DNA from: Heterodontus francisci | Lineage: Eukaryota | NCBI RefSeq assembly: GCF_036365525.1 | Contig: NC_090403.1 | Location: 34,481,461-34,545,460 of the forward strand | Length of the DNA stretch: 64,000 nucleotides | Reading direction: 5' to 3' | Shown here: in pieces, positions 1 to 12,691 of the stretch | Numbering within the stretch: the first letter of the stretch is position 1 | Layout: each line of letters starts with the position of its first letter | Program-made: the position numbers and the translations under genes | Notes under the pieces: generated by a model | What the model saw: only the letters and a program-made list of their open reading frames with translations | The model's database searches: none | What the model was told of the DNA's origin: nothing

Positions 1-832
1 GTACAGCTACAAGTCTGTCACTAGCAGGCTAGTACTGCTGGTGCTATTCATGTTGCTTCTTATCTGACGGCCAACTTAAAGTAGCCAAAGTACCACCCAC
101 CTTGATGTGATGAACAAACCTCCAAAGTGTAGAAAGTAAACTCCAGCAAAAGTTCAGTGAATGCCCTTTCCCACTAGCAGGTTCAAAAGCAGCTGTGAGT
201 ACTGAGTATTTATTATCATAATTCCATGAGATGTATTTGACCCCCTCAGTTGCCCATGTGTTCTCCCTTACTTTCACTGGTGAGTTTCAGGAAGCCTGGG
301 AAACTCATGGACCCAACATTAAACTGCAAAGTCTGCATTAATAATGCTCTAATTAAGTGATTAACTTATGTGAATTGCCAACTCGCCTTTCCCAAGGTGG
401 CCAGGGTGCCAGTGCTCCAGGCAGGCCTGCAGGCCCTCCTGCCTGCTTGGGTGCGGGTGAAGCCAAAGGCTGCCCTGTAGAGGGATTCCCTCCCACCCTG
501 CACAGTGATGGCCTGGCTGGATTTTTCTATTTTTTAATTTTTTTTTTTAAAGGGTTGCTGATTGGGCACCTTCATGTTGAAGCGCCCATTCAGTTACCTA
601 CCCTTCACTGTAGCCGGTTGCTCCTGTCAAGCTGGACAGCCTCTGACTGGCCCTCCAGCTTCCAGAGCTGCCTGCCACTCTTAATTGGACAAGGAACCTG
701 TCTCCAGGCCAATTAAGGGGGTGTCCCATTCAAAATCCCAAAAAGTGACTGTTGCCCCCCCCCCCAGGAACGGGTTCAGGACCCGGAAACAGTCCCGCCT
801 CCAGCTTCCCGCCCCAAAGCACAGGTGCCTGT

Positions 833-1204
833 TCAGGTTGCCACCTCTTCCAGATTACCCTGGAGCCTCCAGGAATTAAAGATGAATCTTCAGGGCACTG
901 CAATGAGCAGCCAGGGAGAAAAATCATAGCGGCCTTAAAAAATTGTGGGTTCTTTTCTTGTTTTATTTGAACATTTTTTGTTTAATAGTTATAAAAATGT
1001 TACAGATGATTAAAAAGGCTGTTTCACTGACAGTCAAAAATAGTCCGATGATGTAAGCAAGCCTGCTTGCTTTCCAAATGGTGTGGGAAGGCAGTGCTGG
1101 ATGTATCCGGTGTCTGGTAGAGGTGAAAGGTCAGGGTGGTTGCTGGTGGGAGATCATGTGATTAAAACCTGCAGGGTTACATCCAACCAGAGATGGTAGC
1201 CCTA
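833..1204. mobile_element. Non-autonomous hAT-type DNA transposon (MITE)
   Basis: Ends tcaggttgcca / tggtagcccta resemble the TAGGGTTGCCA inverted-repeat family; near-perfect 8-bp flanking duplication gtgcctgt (825-832) / gtgcctgc (1205-1212). Confidence 0.6.
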
Positions 1205-1830
1205 GTGCCTGCCCATTTATAAAAGTGTTCCTGTCCTCAGAACGTAGGGATAGCTAGCAGATAGAATGGAGCTTGAGGGGTTTCAGGCCCGTTTTATTTA
1301 ACTGAAGCTCTTACTCAATTTTGAGCAAGATCATAGTAGGATGGCCTGTAGGTTGTACTTAGGGCAATAAGGATCTGTGCCTGATTCTTTTGATCCCTGG
1401 TAGCCAATTCTGTACCTGCTCTAGCAAGAAAGCAATCAGAAAATATACCTTAGATGTCAAAAGTAGAAATAGATTCAATTCTCCATCTCAGGCATACCTC
1501 ATATTATAAATACAAATATTCACCAAAATATATTGATCTGAAGATCAATTCTTCAATTCATTTAGCACCACCTTTTGATATTCACCATAGTTTCTGTAGT
1601 CTCAAGAACAATAAGACTTTCTTCTGCCTCTTTAGGTTTTGTCATATATCTGGTACATGACGAGTCTGTTTGATTTGTCGATTCTGCCGTCAGCCCGTAT
1701 GCACGTGGACAAATTTCCCCATCCTCCTAGTCTGGTGCTGAGATGCTGAAGACTGACAGTTGAGAATCTCCAGTACTGTTTAAACAATCAATTGTCCAAC
1801 AAATATCCAGTCCATCAGGTGTTGCATATG

Positions 1831-2140
1831 AACATATGAATTAGGAGCAGGAGTAGGCCACTCGGCCCTTCGAGCCTGCTCTGCCATTCAATAAGTTCAT
1901 GGCTGAACTGATTACTCCACATTTTCACCTACCCCCGATAACCTTCCACCCCCTTGCTTATTAAGAATTTATCTACCTTTGCCTTTAAAATATTCAAAAA
2001 CTCTGCTTCCACCACCTTTTGAGGAAGAGAATTCCAAAGATTCACGACCCTCGGAGAGAAAATATTTCTCCTCATCGCTGCCTTAAATGGGCGACCCTTT
2101 ATTTTTAAACAGTGACCCCTAGACTCTCCCATAAGGGGAA
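1831..2140 (-). mobile_element. CR1 LINE 3' fragment
   Basis: ORF 1929..2132 (RGHCLKIKGRPF...FSPRVVNLWNSLPQKVVEA) is the CR1 ORF2 C-terminus; gaacatatgaa tail at the left end. Confidence 0.85.
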
Positions 2141-3153
2141 GTGTTGTGATTTCATCAAGAATATTCCAAGCTCACCTATACAGCCACATGATGCTTGACA
2201 CTGTGGCCCAGAAATTTGGGCGTCCCCATTGATGGGTGTGTTGTGGGGAGGTGGTGGAGGGTGCCTTCCCTATACCTGAATGGTGAGACCTGAGGATCCC
2301 CAGATACTGGGCCTTATACCTTATTATAATGGAAATGATGGGGTATCAGAGCCCGTTGCAAAGAGATGTACAATATCAGGTCGGACTCTCAGGTCAGTGG
2401 GTGCAGGGATCAAGCTAGTGATAGGGGCTGGGGATCAGGAGTGGGATTAGTTTAGGGAGGGTTTGGCACTGGGATTTTGGCTAGGACTGCGGGTAGTGAA
2501 AATGCAAGGGCTGGGAATCAGAGGGGTCGACTGGATTTCCGCAGACTAAATTGGAGAGAGAATCTGCCATTGATAGCGGGAAGGTCAGGGGTCAGGGCCA
2601 CCGGGATTGGGCGAGATCAGATGGATGTGGGGAGGTGCCAGGGCCTAAACGGGAACTCAGGGGTGGGGCAGGTTAGGGGTCAGGGCCAGAAGTGGCAGTA
2701 ATGCTGGGGTGAGGGTAGCAGCGATGAGCAGTCCCTTTAATGTGAGCTCAGGAAAAGCGCTCCCATTACTTCCCAGCTAAGTTAATTTGGCTTCGAGACC
2801 TGTGTATCTTTATCCTCAATAAACTAGTGAGGAAACATGTCCACATTTCCTGAAAGTTCAGGCCAGTGATTCCGCATTGGATTTTGGCTTCCTCTCATCT
2901 TTCAATCCCCAGATCTCAGAACTTTGATTTCAAGGTCTGTACCCAACATAAATCTCAAGCAATTCCAGACATCCATTCCTAATAGCTCTATCCAAAAAGA
3001 AGGATGTTTCTGCTGTAGAGAAGGGATAAATTTTAAAAATTCCAAACACAAGCAGGAGAGTCTGGGAAACATGGAAATGATCCTCATGATAGCACATCTG
3101 GATAATGTTTCTTAAAACAGCGCTGTTTATAGTACTTCTCTTTCTTCTTTCAG

Positions 3154-3242
3154 GTAGGATGGGAAACTACACAACAAATCTTTTTAGAACTCCAGATGCC
3201 AGGAGATTGCCTGCAGACAAAGGTTTTGTCTACCATAACAGA
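3154..3242 (+). CDS. Candidate internal exon of an unidentified gene (GRMGNYTTNLFRTPDARRLPADKGFVYHNR)
   Basis: Strong pyrimidine tract + cag acceptor (tttcttctttcag); AGA|gtaagt donor; open frame; phase-0 end is compatible with the exon at 5726. Confidence 0.5.
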
Positions 3243-4219
3243 GTAAGTGGAGTATTTCATAGAGTAGATGTCACTCTTGTTTACATCCTATGTTTAACTT
3301 GGTGATCTATTATCAATCACAGTACTATCTATCGCACTGACACTGGCATCTTCTAAAGTCATGGAAGCAGCTGTTAACTCATGAATCATCTATAACCTTA
3401 AAATTTCTGACCTCAACCTTGGTGGTGAATTGGGTTTCAGCACAAGCCCTACACTAGTTACCATCAAGACTATTTTATGTGCCTCTGGAGGCCTTGAAAA
3501 CATTGCTGATTGATGTGTCATGTCTTGGTTATCTCTGAATCCTTTGAAGGAGTCAGGCAGAATGCATTTCGAAACATATAACCATTATCAGATCTTCCAT
3601 CATAGCTATCTACTTCCTTTTAAATCCCTCTAGATGGCTCATCCACTAACTAAATTTCCAACTCAATTTAAGGTTTCCCACAGCTCTGCTTTCTCTATGA
3701 TTCTATTGCTTCTTTGTAGCAATTATCTCTTCCACTTATCATCCAAGCCTATCCATTCTTTTGCCTCAGATTGAAGACTCTTGTTACACACAACTTTCAG
3801 TCCTGTCCCAGTGCAATAAATGAACCCACTGATACAATATTCAAATCTTTAAAACCTCTCCCTTACTCCTGGAAATGATACATGTGAAAGACTGTTATAT
3901 AACCCGGGATCTCTACCTCTCAGCTGTAGCCTCCAAACTCTCTGGAACTGAAATTTAATTTCCTGGGAGGTCACTGCAGGGTTGAATGTCATGTTACGGG
4001 GGCTGGGGGGGGGGGGGGGGGGGGGAGGGGTGGGGGGTGGGTGCTACATTTGTGCTGAAGCCTGATTCTGCCAAGTCACAGCCCTTTTTGTGTCCAATTC
4101 GGCAGAAGAACATGGGATGCTTTTACTGTCCCAATATGAGACAAGGAGGCAGGCTGGTGGATTAAATTCACTCACCGTAAATCCTACCAGTTTTGCTTCC
4201 TGTGCCCTAAAAACAAAGT

Positions 4220-4400
4220 AGGATAGAAACTTGTCCCGGGCGGTGGCATAAAACAGGTGTTACCGTATCAGCCACCTGTTATACCCATACATTTAATTCT
4301 ATTGACTGCAATGGAACTGAATATCATGTGCTGTGAATAATGGGCAGCTGATCCGATACCACCCATTTTGCGCCATTGTCTGTGGCGAATTCCTAGCCCA
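4220..4400. mobile_element. Palindromic MITE-like element
   Basis: Imperfect inverted arms around a central attgactgcaatggaa motif; related to the element at 11552-11737. Confidence 0.45.
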
Positions 4401-4498
4401 GTGACAGTAGTGGGGTCCACAATGATAGATACTAGTGGCAATTTATTGCAGAATTTACCCTATTTAACCCAGAGCTGAGCTTCCGGCCAATGACTCCA

Positions 4499-5140
4499 TC
4501 ACCAAGACCGCCTATTTCCACCTCTATAACATTGCTGATCTCTGCCCTGCGTCAGCTCAGTGGCTGCTGAAACCCTCATCCATGCCTTGTTACCCTTAGA
4601 TTTGACCATTCTAATGCTGTCCTGGCCAGCCTCCCAGCTTGTACCCTCTGTTAACTTGAGGTCATCCATAATGCTGCTGCCCATATCCTAAGTCGCACCA
4701 AATCCCATTCACCCATCACACCTATGCTTTCTGACCTACATTGTCTCCCGGTTAAGCAACACCTTGATTTTGAAGTTCGTATCCTTGTTTTTTAAATCTC
4801 TCCATAGCCTCACCCTCCCCTATCTCTATAATCTCCTCCAGCCCTACACCCTCTGAGATATCAGCACTCCTCCAATTCTGGTTTCTTGCACATCCCAGTT
4901 TTAATTGGTGGCTGTGCCTTCAGCTGCCTAGGCTCTAAGTTCTGGAATTTGCTCCCTAAACCTCTCTGCCTGTCTCTCCTCCTCTAAGGCACTCCATAAA
5001 ATCCATTTCTTTAATCAAGCCTTTGGTCATCTGTCCAAATATTTCCTTATGTGGTGTCAAATTCTGTTTGATAATGCTCCTATGAAGCACCATGGGATGT
5101 TTCACTACATTAAAGGTGCTATATAAATGCACCCTTTTGT
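4499..5140 (+). mobile_element. L2 LINE 3' fragment
   Basis: Degenerate L2 ORF2 C-terminus (AYFHLYNIA...AAETLIHALVT-type sequence) followed by the L2 tail aaaggtgctatataaatgca. Confidence 0.8.
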
Positions 5141-5725
5141 TAGTAAAGTGGCTGCTGCTGGAACAAGAGCATAAGTGGGAATGAGACCAGAACAGGAGCT
5201 CCCAAAGTGAGGAATTGCTGCATCTCCAGTCTCTTGAAGATTCGGTTGGACCAGAGTGACAAATGAAAGTTGCAGGCCCAGGCTTGAAACCCCGCACAGC
5301 ACCCACCCACCCCACTCAACCCCCAAAAAAGCTTAACATTTTTAAAAGATTTTTTGCAATTCAGTCCTTTTACAATGGCAGCCAATAGCAACAACTTGGC
5401 TTTCTTTCTCGGAAGGCCACAATAAATTTTTAAAATACATAATTTGAGTACACAATTTTTATTCTTCTGTGGAGGAACTGGTATTATACACCCAATAAAG
5501 ACAAGCATGCTTGTGTACCAGCAGGATGTATCCACGTCATGACGTTTCAGGGCAAGACTAATGTCAGATTGCAAGACTGAATTCAGTTTTATGTTGTATG
5601 AATTTACTTTTACTGTTTTGGTTTCTTTTTTCTCATATTTCGTTTACTTTGTATCACTTGTTACATTAATTTAACTGGCTGAATATCGAAATCATCTTTG
5701 TCTATTTACTTACTTTTACTGGCAG

Positions 5726-6631
5726 GACAGTGATGAACAATCATTTTCTGCTAGCTGTCAGCATACACCAAGCACAGGCTCTGAAGCAACATTGGGTGAT
5801 GAATGGTTTAACTATGAGATGCTGGAGTACTACGTTCCAGCTCCTCGTAAAGCCAAAGTTAATCAAGCTGCAGGTATTAAACGTGCAAGGACTCGAGCAA
5901 AACAGGTGTCCGTTTCACCCTTGCAAGGAAATTTAGTTGGCTCAGGTCCAACAATGTGTGCGGTAACTAAAGAAAACATAGCTATAAGGTCACCTTCAGC
6001 ACCTGCTGTACTTGTACCTTCTGCTGAAACAACACCTGAACAAACTACCATGTTAACTACATCAGCTGAAAGGCCAAATGTGATCTCTTCCAAACTGCCT
6101 GGGCGAACTATGCCAACTGAACAATCATCAACTGGTGTACTAGATGTATTTCCGTCAACATCCAATGGAGACACTGCATCCAGTGAGACACCTGACACAT
6201 CATCGTTTGTGTCACAAGATACATCTGCGAGGTTATCATTCTCAGCACCAGCTGCAATCATGTCAGAATCTTCTGTAGAGACTGTCTTTGCAACTGGAGG
6301 ATTAACAGATGTTATATCAGATGCAACTATCTCAAACCTAACTGGAAAATTTCAACTTGAAAATAAAGCTAAGTCATCAAAATATGCTGTGGAAGTAATA
6401 TCTGCAAAGAAAACTTTTCCAGAATCAGTTGAGAACAATGAAGGCTCGTTAACACAAATCAAATCTAAACGTGTTGAAATCACTGAGGGATGTCTAGGGA
6501 GAACAGCAACCCAATTGGTAGCAGCTCTTAAGTCTTGCATTGGGATTGGAAGTAATGGCTTCATGGCCTACAGCGTCAGCTATATTCTAAGATCCCCTAG
6601 CAGCCATGAAAATTTGATACAGCAGATGTAG
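5726..6631 (+). CDS. Candidate large (terminal) exon encoding a Ser/Thr-rich, mucin-like low-complexity region
   Basis: Acceptor tacttttactggcag|GAC at 5726 is in frame with ORF 5792..6631; ~300 open codons with no TE motifs; S/T/E/A-rich. Confidence 0.55.
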   Translation, partial: DSDEQSFSASCQHTPSTGSEATLGDEWFNYEMLEYYVPAPRKAKVNQAAGIKRARTRAKQVSVSPLQGNLVGSGPTMCAVTKENIAIRSPSAPAVLVPSAETTPEQTTMLTTSAERPNVISSKLPGRTMPTEQSSTGVLDVFPSTSNGDTASSETPDTSSFVSQDTSARLSFSAPAAIMSESSVETVFATGGLTDVISDATISNLTGKFQLENKAKSSKYAVEVISAKKTFPESVENNEGSLTQIKSKRVEITEGCLGRTATQLVAALKSCIGIGSNGFMAYSVSYILRSPSSHENLIQQM

Positions 6632-8099
6632 GTCAGTTATTACCTCAAGAATACTTGCTTCATCGCGGTGTGTCCTTCATTAACAACTGCATCAGAAACC
6701 ATATGAGTTGTAGAATTATTACCTGTAGCATTAGCTGTTCTCCCTGGCCATGAATATTACATTCAAGGTGTAACAAAACAGAGTTACCTCCTGAGACATA
6801 GTTATCTCAGACCCCATTCATTTACCTCATCCCAGAAAGTCGTTAAATTAAGCCAGTATTCAACACCTTCTCCGCAAACATTCTCAAAGTTGAAGATGCC
6901 ACATTTGGAATAAAAGTGGATGTAAAGCCTTACTAATGTTCATCACTGATGAAGATTTTTTTGTCTATGAAATATTAATAGAAGATTCAAACAGGCTCAG
7001 AAACTCCATTATCCAAAACTTCAATACTCAAAGTGGATAACAATTCACACACTTTTATCTAGAAAATTACTATAGGTCTTAGGTGAATGTTAATGACAGC
7101 CATGACAGACATCGTAGACAAAAATGAACAATGGAGACTATCTGGGAACATTAACAGCTTATGATTTAAGAGAAGAATTACACATAAAGAGGACAAGCAA
7201 GGGAAACACACATTACCTGTTGGATTATTTGAACAATTTTCTCATTGTAAATACAACATTTAAATTTGCAGGAGAACAATAAAATGCTTTTTTAGGCAAA
7301 ACGAGAAAAATATTCCATGAATATTCAGACACAGCTACAAATGCTAATCAATATCTTAATCTATCATACTAAATTCAAAACTTTGTGTACGTTTTGTAAG
7401 CTTTTGTAAGAAACTGTAAGGAAAACAAAAAAGTAAATTCCTTCCTTTTTCCTACATTTTGAAAACTTTAAAGAGATCATCCTTTAACTTTCTTTTCCCC
7501 AGCGTAAATATACCTTTGCTCTCATAACTCAGGTATTAATCCCCATTATCAATTTGGGTGCCATTCTCTGTACCCTCTCCAAAGCAAGGGTGTCTGTCTC
7601 CACTCTAGTACAATGAACAGAGCTGTACACAGTATTCCAAGTGGGACAGAACCAGAGCCTGATATAAGTTCACTGCTATTTGTTGCTACATTCTAGTTTG
7701 TTTCATTTTCAATCTAAGGTCTGGCTAGAGCACCTTGTCCCTGCACTCATTGAATTGTCAAACAGCAATGTGTAATTGAAAAATGTTCACTAAAATGATC
7801 AATAAATTGTGACTTTTTTTACACTGTATAAAGAGAAATTTCTATTTGCCCTTCAAGTTGATGTTGATTATTATAGAGCTCTGTAACCTACTTCACACAG
7901 TCCACAGAATTTTTTTTGGGCCTCATTTTTTTCTCCCCTGGCTGTTGGTTACCAATTTTTATTAGTTGCCATTTAAAAACATGAGATAGCCCTATGTCCT
8001 ATACTCCGACTTCAGTGTGTTGGAACAGTTACCACACTTTTATCCTGTAGGTCTTTACTTTCTTAATGCACAAAAGTAGTAAGTTTCTTATTGTACACC

Positions 8100-9530
8100 T
8101 CAGAAACTGAAGCCAATTTATTCCCATCAGGGAGACTTTGTTCCCTCCTATTACGACAAATGGCAAGTAATAGGATGCATTATCGATTCCACCCTAACAT
8201 TAACTTGACCTAATACTGGAATACTGTTATTGGAATAACTAATCAGTTTCACACTGGTTTTGCTTAAGGGAATGTGACTTAGGAAATTCTTGTAATCTTC
8301 CGAGATAACAGATACTGCTGCAGCTGTATCAACTACGACAGTAAGTTGTGAATCTCTGACTTTCATTATTAGTGTCGGTACTGGAATTATATCTTCAGCC
8401 CTTTTACTTTCAACTTCCATGTGCTGCTTTTCATGCTCTATGATTGAGTACAACTCTTGATCATCCTACTCGATAACATCAATTTTTGTTTCATATCAAT
8501 CATATATGTATTCAAGGACTTCCAGGAGCCTGAACTAGCTTTAGGTCTACCACAACCATGACCTGGTGTGTGGCTATAACTTGGAGATTTTCCATGACCT
8601 GCAGCATTACTGTTTCCTCTATTCCTGCATGCCATTTGGATATGACCAACTTTCACACAGGCATAGCACTTGGACTGGAAATGGAGCATTTAGATGGTTG
8701 GTGGCTACCATGACAACGGCAGCATCTAAATTTCTGACTCTGAGTCTATGAACTTGGCTGATGTGGCCTGGTTTCTGTTGAAATCCAGTGCATCCCACCC
8801 TGCCAACTCATGAAAAGAACTTCCTTGAAACAGCAACTATCTCTTCCTGCCATTTCCATGGCTGTGGCATCATCGCAGGCCTCCTTTCGTGTCAGCTTAT
8901 TGTCTTTACTCAAAGGCTTGGCCTGGATTGTACAGTTCTTTAGACCCCCAATGAACGTGGTCCCTAAGGTTGACTTCTAAGTTCACACCATAACCACAGT
9001 GATAAGAGAGTTTCTTTAATTCAGGAATATAATCTGCAATACACTCACTTGTCAACTGCTTCCTTCCATGAAATGCAACTCAGACTGCAATTTCATTCTT
9101 AGTCATGCTATGAGTCAGAATCTCATTAATTTCAGAATAGTCCATAGTACTGGGGTCTCATGGGCAACATTGGTTAAACACCACCTCAAAAGCATCTGGT
9201 CCCATCACGGTGAGGAAAATATTCCTCATTCCCTATGTTATTAGCTTACAGCCAAATGTGTAACCTTTGTTCAAATTACACCCGTCCTCTTTGTTAGGAT
9301 TGAGCTCTCCCTTTGTCCAAAAATATGTTTTCAGTGCCATATTTCATTAATAATGTACCATGCTGACACACTGTTGAACCTGAACACGACTTGCAGACAC
9401 ACCCAGAGCAATCTTTCAAATCGCCCACGTTTCCTCAAAATTGACTTTGGGAGTTCCAAAAAGTGTTCTTCACTGTAATCTCGCGAATGAATGTAAAAAA
9501 AATTCGATCCCATCCTCTCATCATCATCTT
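8100..9530 (-). mobile_element. Degenerate Ty3/Gypsy gag-protease fragment
   Basis: CCHC knuckle CYACVKVGHIQMAC (ORF 8438..8689); aspartic protease VVDTAAAVSVIS (ORF 8151..8453); gag-like IFLTVMGPDAFEV near 9200; multiple stops and frameshifts. Confidence 0.8.
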
Positions 9531-10689
9531 TCTATTGTCTATTCACAGAGTAAATCTGCATGAGGTCTTTACTGGGAACAGTCGTGTTGAAACTTTTTAT
9601 TTACACCTTCCCAACAGAGAGGGCAGCAGAGAAGCACAATAGCAGTAGAATAAAATGCTCAGCTACTTCAATACACTTCAGCTATTTCAATACTGTGCCA
9701 CAGGGTTCCCCTGTGGGCAGTGTGGCTTTTGAACTACATTGGAGAAAGTTGGATCGCAGTGAACTCCTGAAGACTTTGATTCGGGACACATTCAAGTTCC
9801 ACAAAAGAGGGCAAAGCTGTAGGTCAGGAGAATGTTCAGAAATCAATTCAGTTGTTAATTGTGACCAGCCAGGAATACATGTCAAGAGCTCAGAAAGTTT
9901 ATGCAATGAACACATAAGTTCTGCAGGTCAGGAAAGTCTCAGGCTCAATCCATGGTCATAGCTGACCTTAGCCAGTAGTAGTGCACCATAATTAGCCTCC
10001 ATGTTGGCCAGCTTTCCCACTGCTGATCATTGTTTATGTGTTGTTGTTGGTTGAGATTAATGTCCAACTATGATGCTCTTTGCATTTGTGCAGCCTGCCA
10101 ACAATCACTCAGGATTCATGCATGAACAACGGAAACCAGAAAAAGTACTGGAGGGAGCCTGGCCCCCAAGGTATTGCACCTCAGAAAAAACTCAACACCC
10201 TCTGCAGAAGAGGGGAGAAAATTATTCAAGTGAAAAATAAAGGAGAAAAAAGTGTCCATCCAGCTCACACACAAGGATATAAGATTGTATCTGATGATCT
10301 ATTGTACAATCCATAACATCTAAAATATTTTAAATGCTTACCTACCTCCCTGTCAGCCAGGCTCATACAGTAGCACTCTCACTTCTGGGCTAAAGGTTAT
10401 GGGTTCAAATCACACTTGATGGAGAAACAGTGGCAGGGGGATTGAATTTACACAGTCGATGAAGAGACAAACAAAAATAAGATGAGGAAGTAGGAAGGAA
10501 AGCAAAAGACAGGAGTGTCTGAACAAGAAAAGAGAAAAACAGGAATGTTATAAAGAGCAGATCAGAAAGGAAATGGATTGAAATGAGTAAGATTGTTAAA
10601 AAGACAGATGTGTGTTGTATGTACATAAATCCACTAAGTATTATGAATTACATTGGTGAGCTGGAAGCACCAATTTGATGTGTTGTACA

Positions 10690-11039
10690 GCGGCACAGTG
10701 GTTAGCACCGCAGCCTCACAGCTCCAGGGACCCGGGTTCGATTCTGGGTACTGCCTGTGTGGAGTTTGCAAGTTCTCCCTGTGTCTGCGTGGGTTTCCTC
10801 CGGGTGCTCCGGATTCCTCCCACATGCCAAAGACTTGCAGGTTGATAGGTTAATTGGCCATTATAAATTGCCCCTAGTATAGGTAGGTGGTAGGGAAATA
10901 TATAGGGACAGGTGGGGATGTGATAGGAATATGGGATTAGTGTAGGGTTAGTATGAATGGGTGGTTGATGGTCGGCACAGACTCGGTGGGCCGAAGGGCC
11001 TGTTTCAGTGCTGTATCTCTAAACTAAACTAAACTAAAC
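10690..11039 (+). mobile_element. tRNA-derived V-SINE (HE1-like)
   Basis: Pol III A/B boxes (cagtggttagc...gggttcgattc), V-domain (gtgtggagtttgca...gcgtgggtttcctccgggtgctccgg), CR1-like 3' end and (taaac)n tail. Confidence 0.9.
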
Positions 11040-11551
11040 ATAATGGGGGTGAATTTCCATGGGTGTTGTCCCACTCATCTGCTGTAACATTAGTGGAAGA
11101 ACCACAGAAAAATGACCTAACAATGGCAAATGATTTGTAACACTCTGCACAAAGTCATCCCCAAAGCCTATTAACAGAGATGCAGTTTAAGACTAGGGAA
11201 GAACTGAGAGTTGAACATCCCTGATTGCAACATATTTGGGAGGAAAAATGGGAGATGAGGCATTTGTGTTAATCAGTGATATAGGTATGGTAAAAAGCTG
11301 AATCTATTTGGTTAGAGTTGAGGAATAAGAAGGGAAATATTCCTCTATTTGGAGTTTAGTATAGATCACAGAACAGTGGATATGAGATAGAGGAAGAGGC
11401 CTGTAGAAAAAATTGAGAAAAATATATGGATAACAGGCCCATAATAACAGTCAAGTTTAATTATCCAAAGATAGATTGGGGGAAAAGTTATGCAACTGTA
11501 AAGAAGGGGAAGTGTTTCTAAAATATGTTCAGGATTGCTTTCTAGATCATT

Positions 11552-11737
11552 GGGTATAACTTTGATTTTGGGTGTTAGTATAAACTGGACAATATTGGAT
11601 TAGTTATCCGTTAAACATTGCCCCCCAGTGTTTATTTCCATTGACTTCAACAAAAATGAAGATTGGGAGAGACGTATAATGGGTGACTGTTCCAATTGTG
11701 CCCATTTTACACTATCATCCAAAATCAAGATTACCCC
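11552..11737. mobile_element. Palindromic MITE inserted in an old CR1 fragment
   Basis: Inverted ends gggtataactttgattttgg / ccaaaatcaagattacccc with central ttccattgacttcaac; CR1 endonuclease-like sequence on both sides (~11300-11900). Confidence 0.6.
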
Positions 11738-12691
11738 CGTGTGTATTTAGTCCAAAAGAAAGGTGTCAGTACTGGATCTGGATCTGGAAATTAAGTGGAT
11801 AAGTAGTCAATGTGAGGGTAGGGGAACATCCAAGAAACAGTAACCATAACATCATTCAGTTCAAAAACTGAAAAGCAGGGAGCAGCCATAAAATGAATGC
11901 ATTGACAGCCAACTTCAATACGTAAAAAAGGATAAGTTTGCAGTTAAGACAATTTTCAAATGATGGGTAATGTTCAAAAAGAAAGGCTCTGAAATTCCTT
12001 GAGGGTTCTACTGGTCTCCTGCCATAATTTTGATTTTATGAATTTACAGCTGTCTATGTTGGGGTTCGGCCAGTGCCCTGTCAGAGTTGCTGTGAACCAT
12101 CAGTTGAACCCCTGCAGAATTCCGGGCCAAGGTATTCAGGGAAATAACTATACATATCCCCACGTGAAGTACAAGAGGTGCAGCAAAAGCTGATGATGCT
12201 TGAACGAGTAGGGAAGCTCAAATTAAAATCAGCGTGAGGATTTGACTGATAGTTACTGTCATGATTGCAATTTTAGAAGGTTCCTTTGATCTAAAATTCT
12301 AAATATAAATATTGAGGCAGAGGGACGCTGTAGCATGCAGCCAGCACTAAGAGCACTGTTGAATGGCTGCACACCTGAGCAGGAGGTGCAAAATCGTGAC
12401 AGGCTAGCAGGAGTTCAAGCTAACCTGCACTACTTAAAGCCAGCCTGCACCTCTAAACAGGGAGGTGCATTTTGGCTGAAGCAGGTGCTAGAAGTCATTC
12501 TAAAAGTGGGTTTGACCTGGGAAAGACACAAGAATGGCACAACATGGCAGAGAGTGGGCTCCAAGATTTTCTGATACTACAGCACAGGCCTTGGTGCAGG
12601 AGTTGGAAAGCAGGAGTAATGCCATCTATCCACAAGGGAGCTAGGAGGCCCTCCAGACAAACTTTGCGAAGACACTGGGACCAGATAGCTA

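Noticed and set aside
1-280. Possible exon ending at ctg|gtgagt (279)
   Set aside because: All three + frames contain stops; only a ~30-nt exon would fit and nothing independent supports it.
1636-1818. Exon-like segment after a tttag acceptor
   Set aside because: Stops in every frame before a credible donor.
4005-4042. Long poly-G run
   Set aside because: Simple low-complexity tract inside a probable MITE; possibly a sequencing artefact.
10690-10760. tRNA-like A/B boxes
   Set aside because: Head of a V-SINE, not a tRNA gene; no complete cloverleaf.
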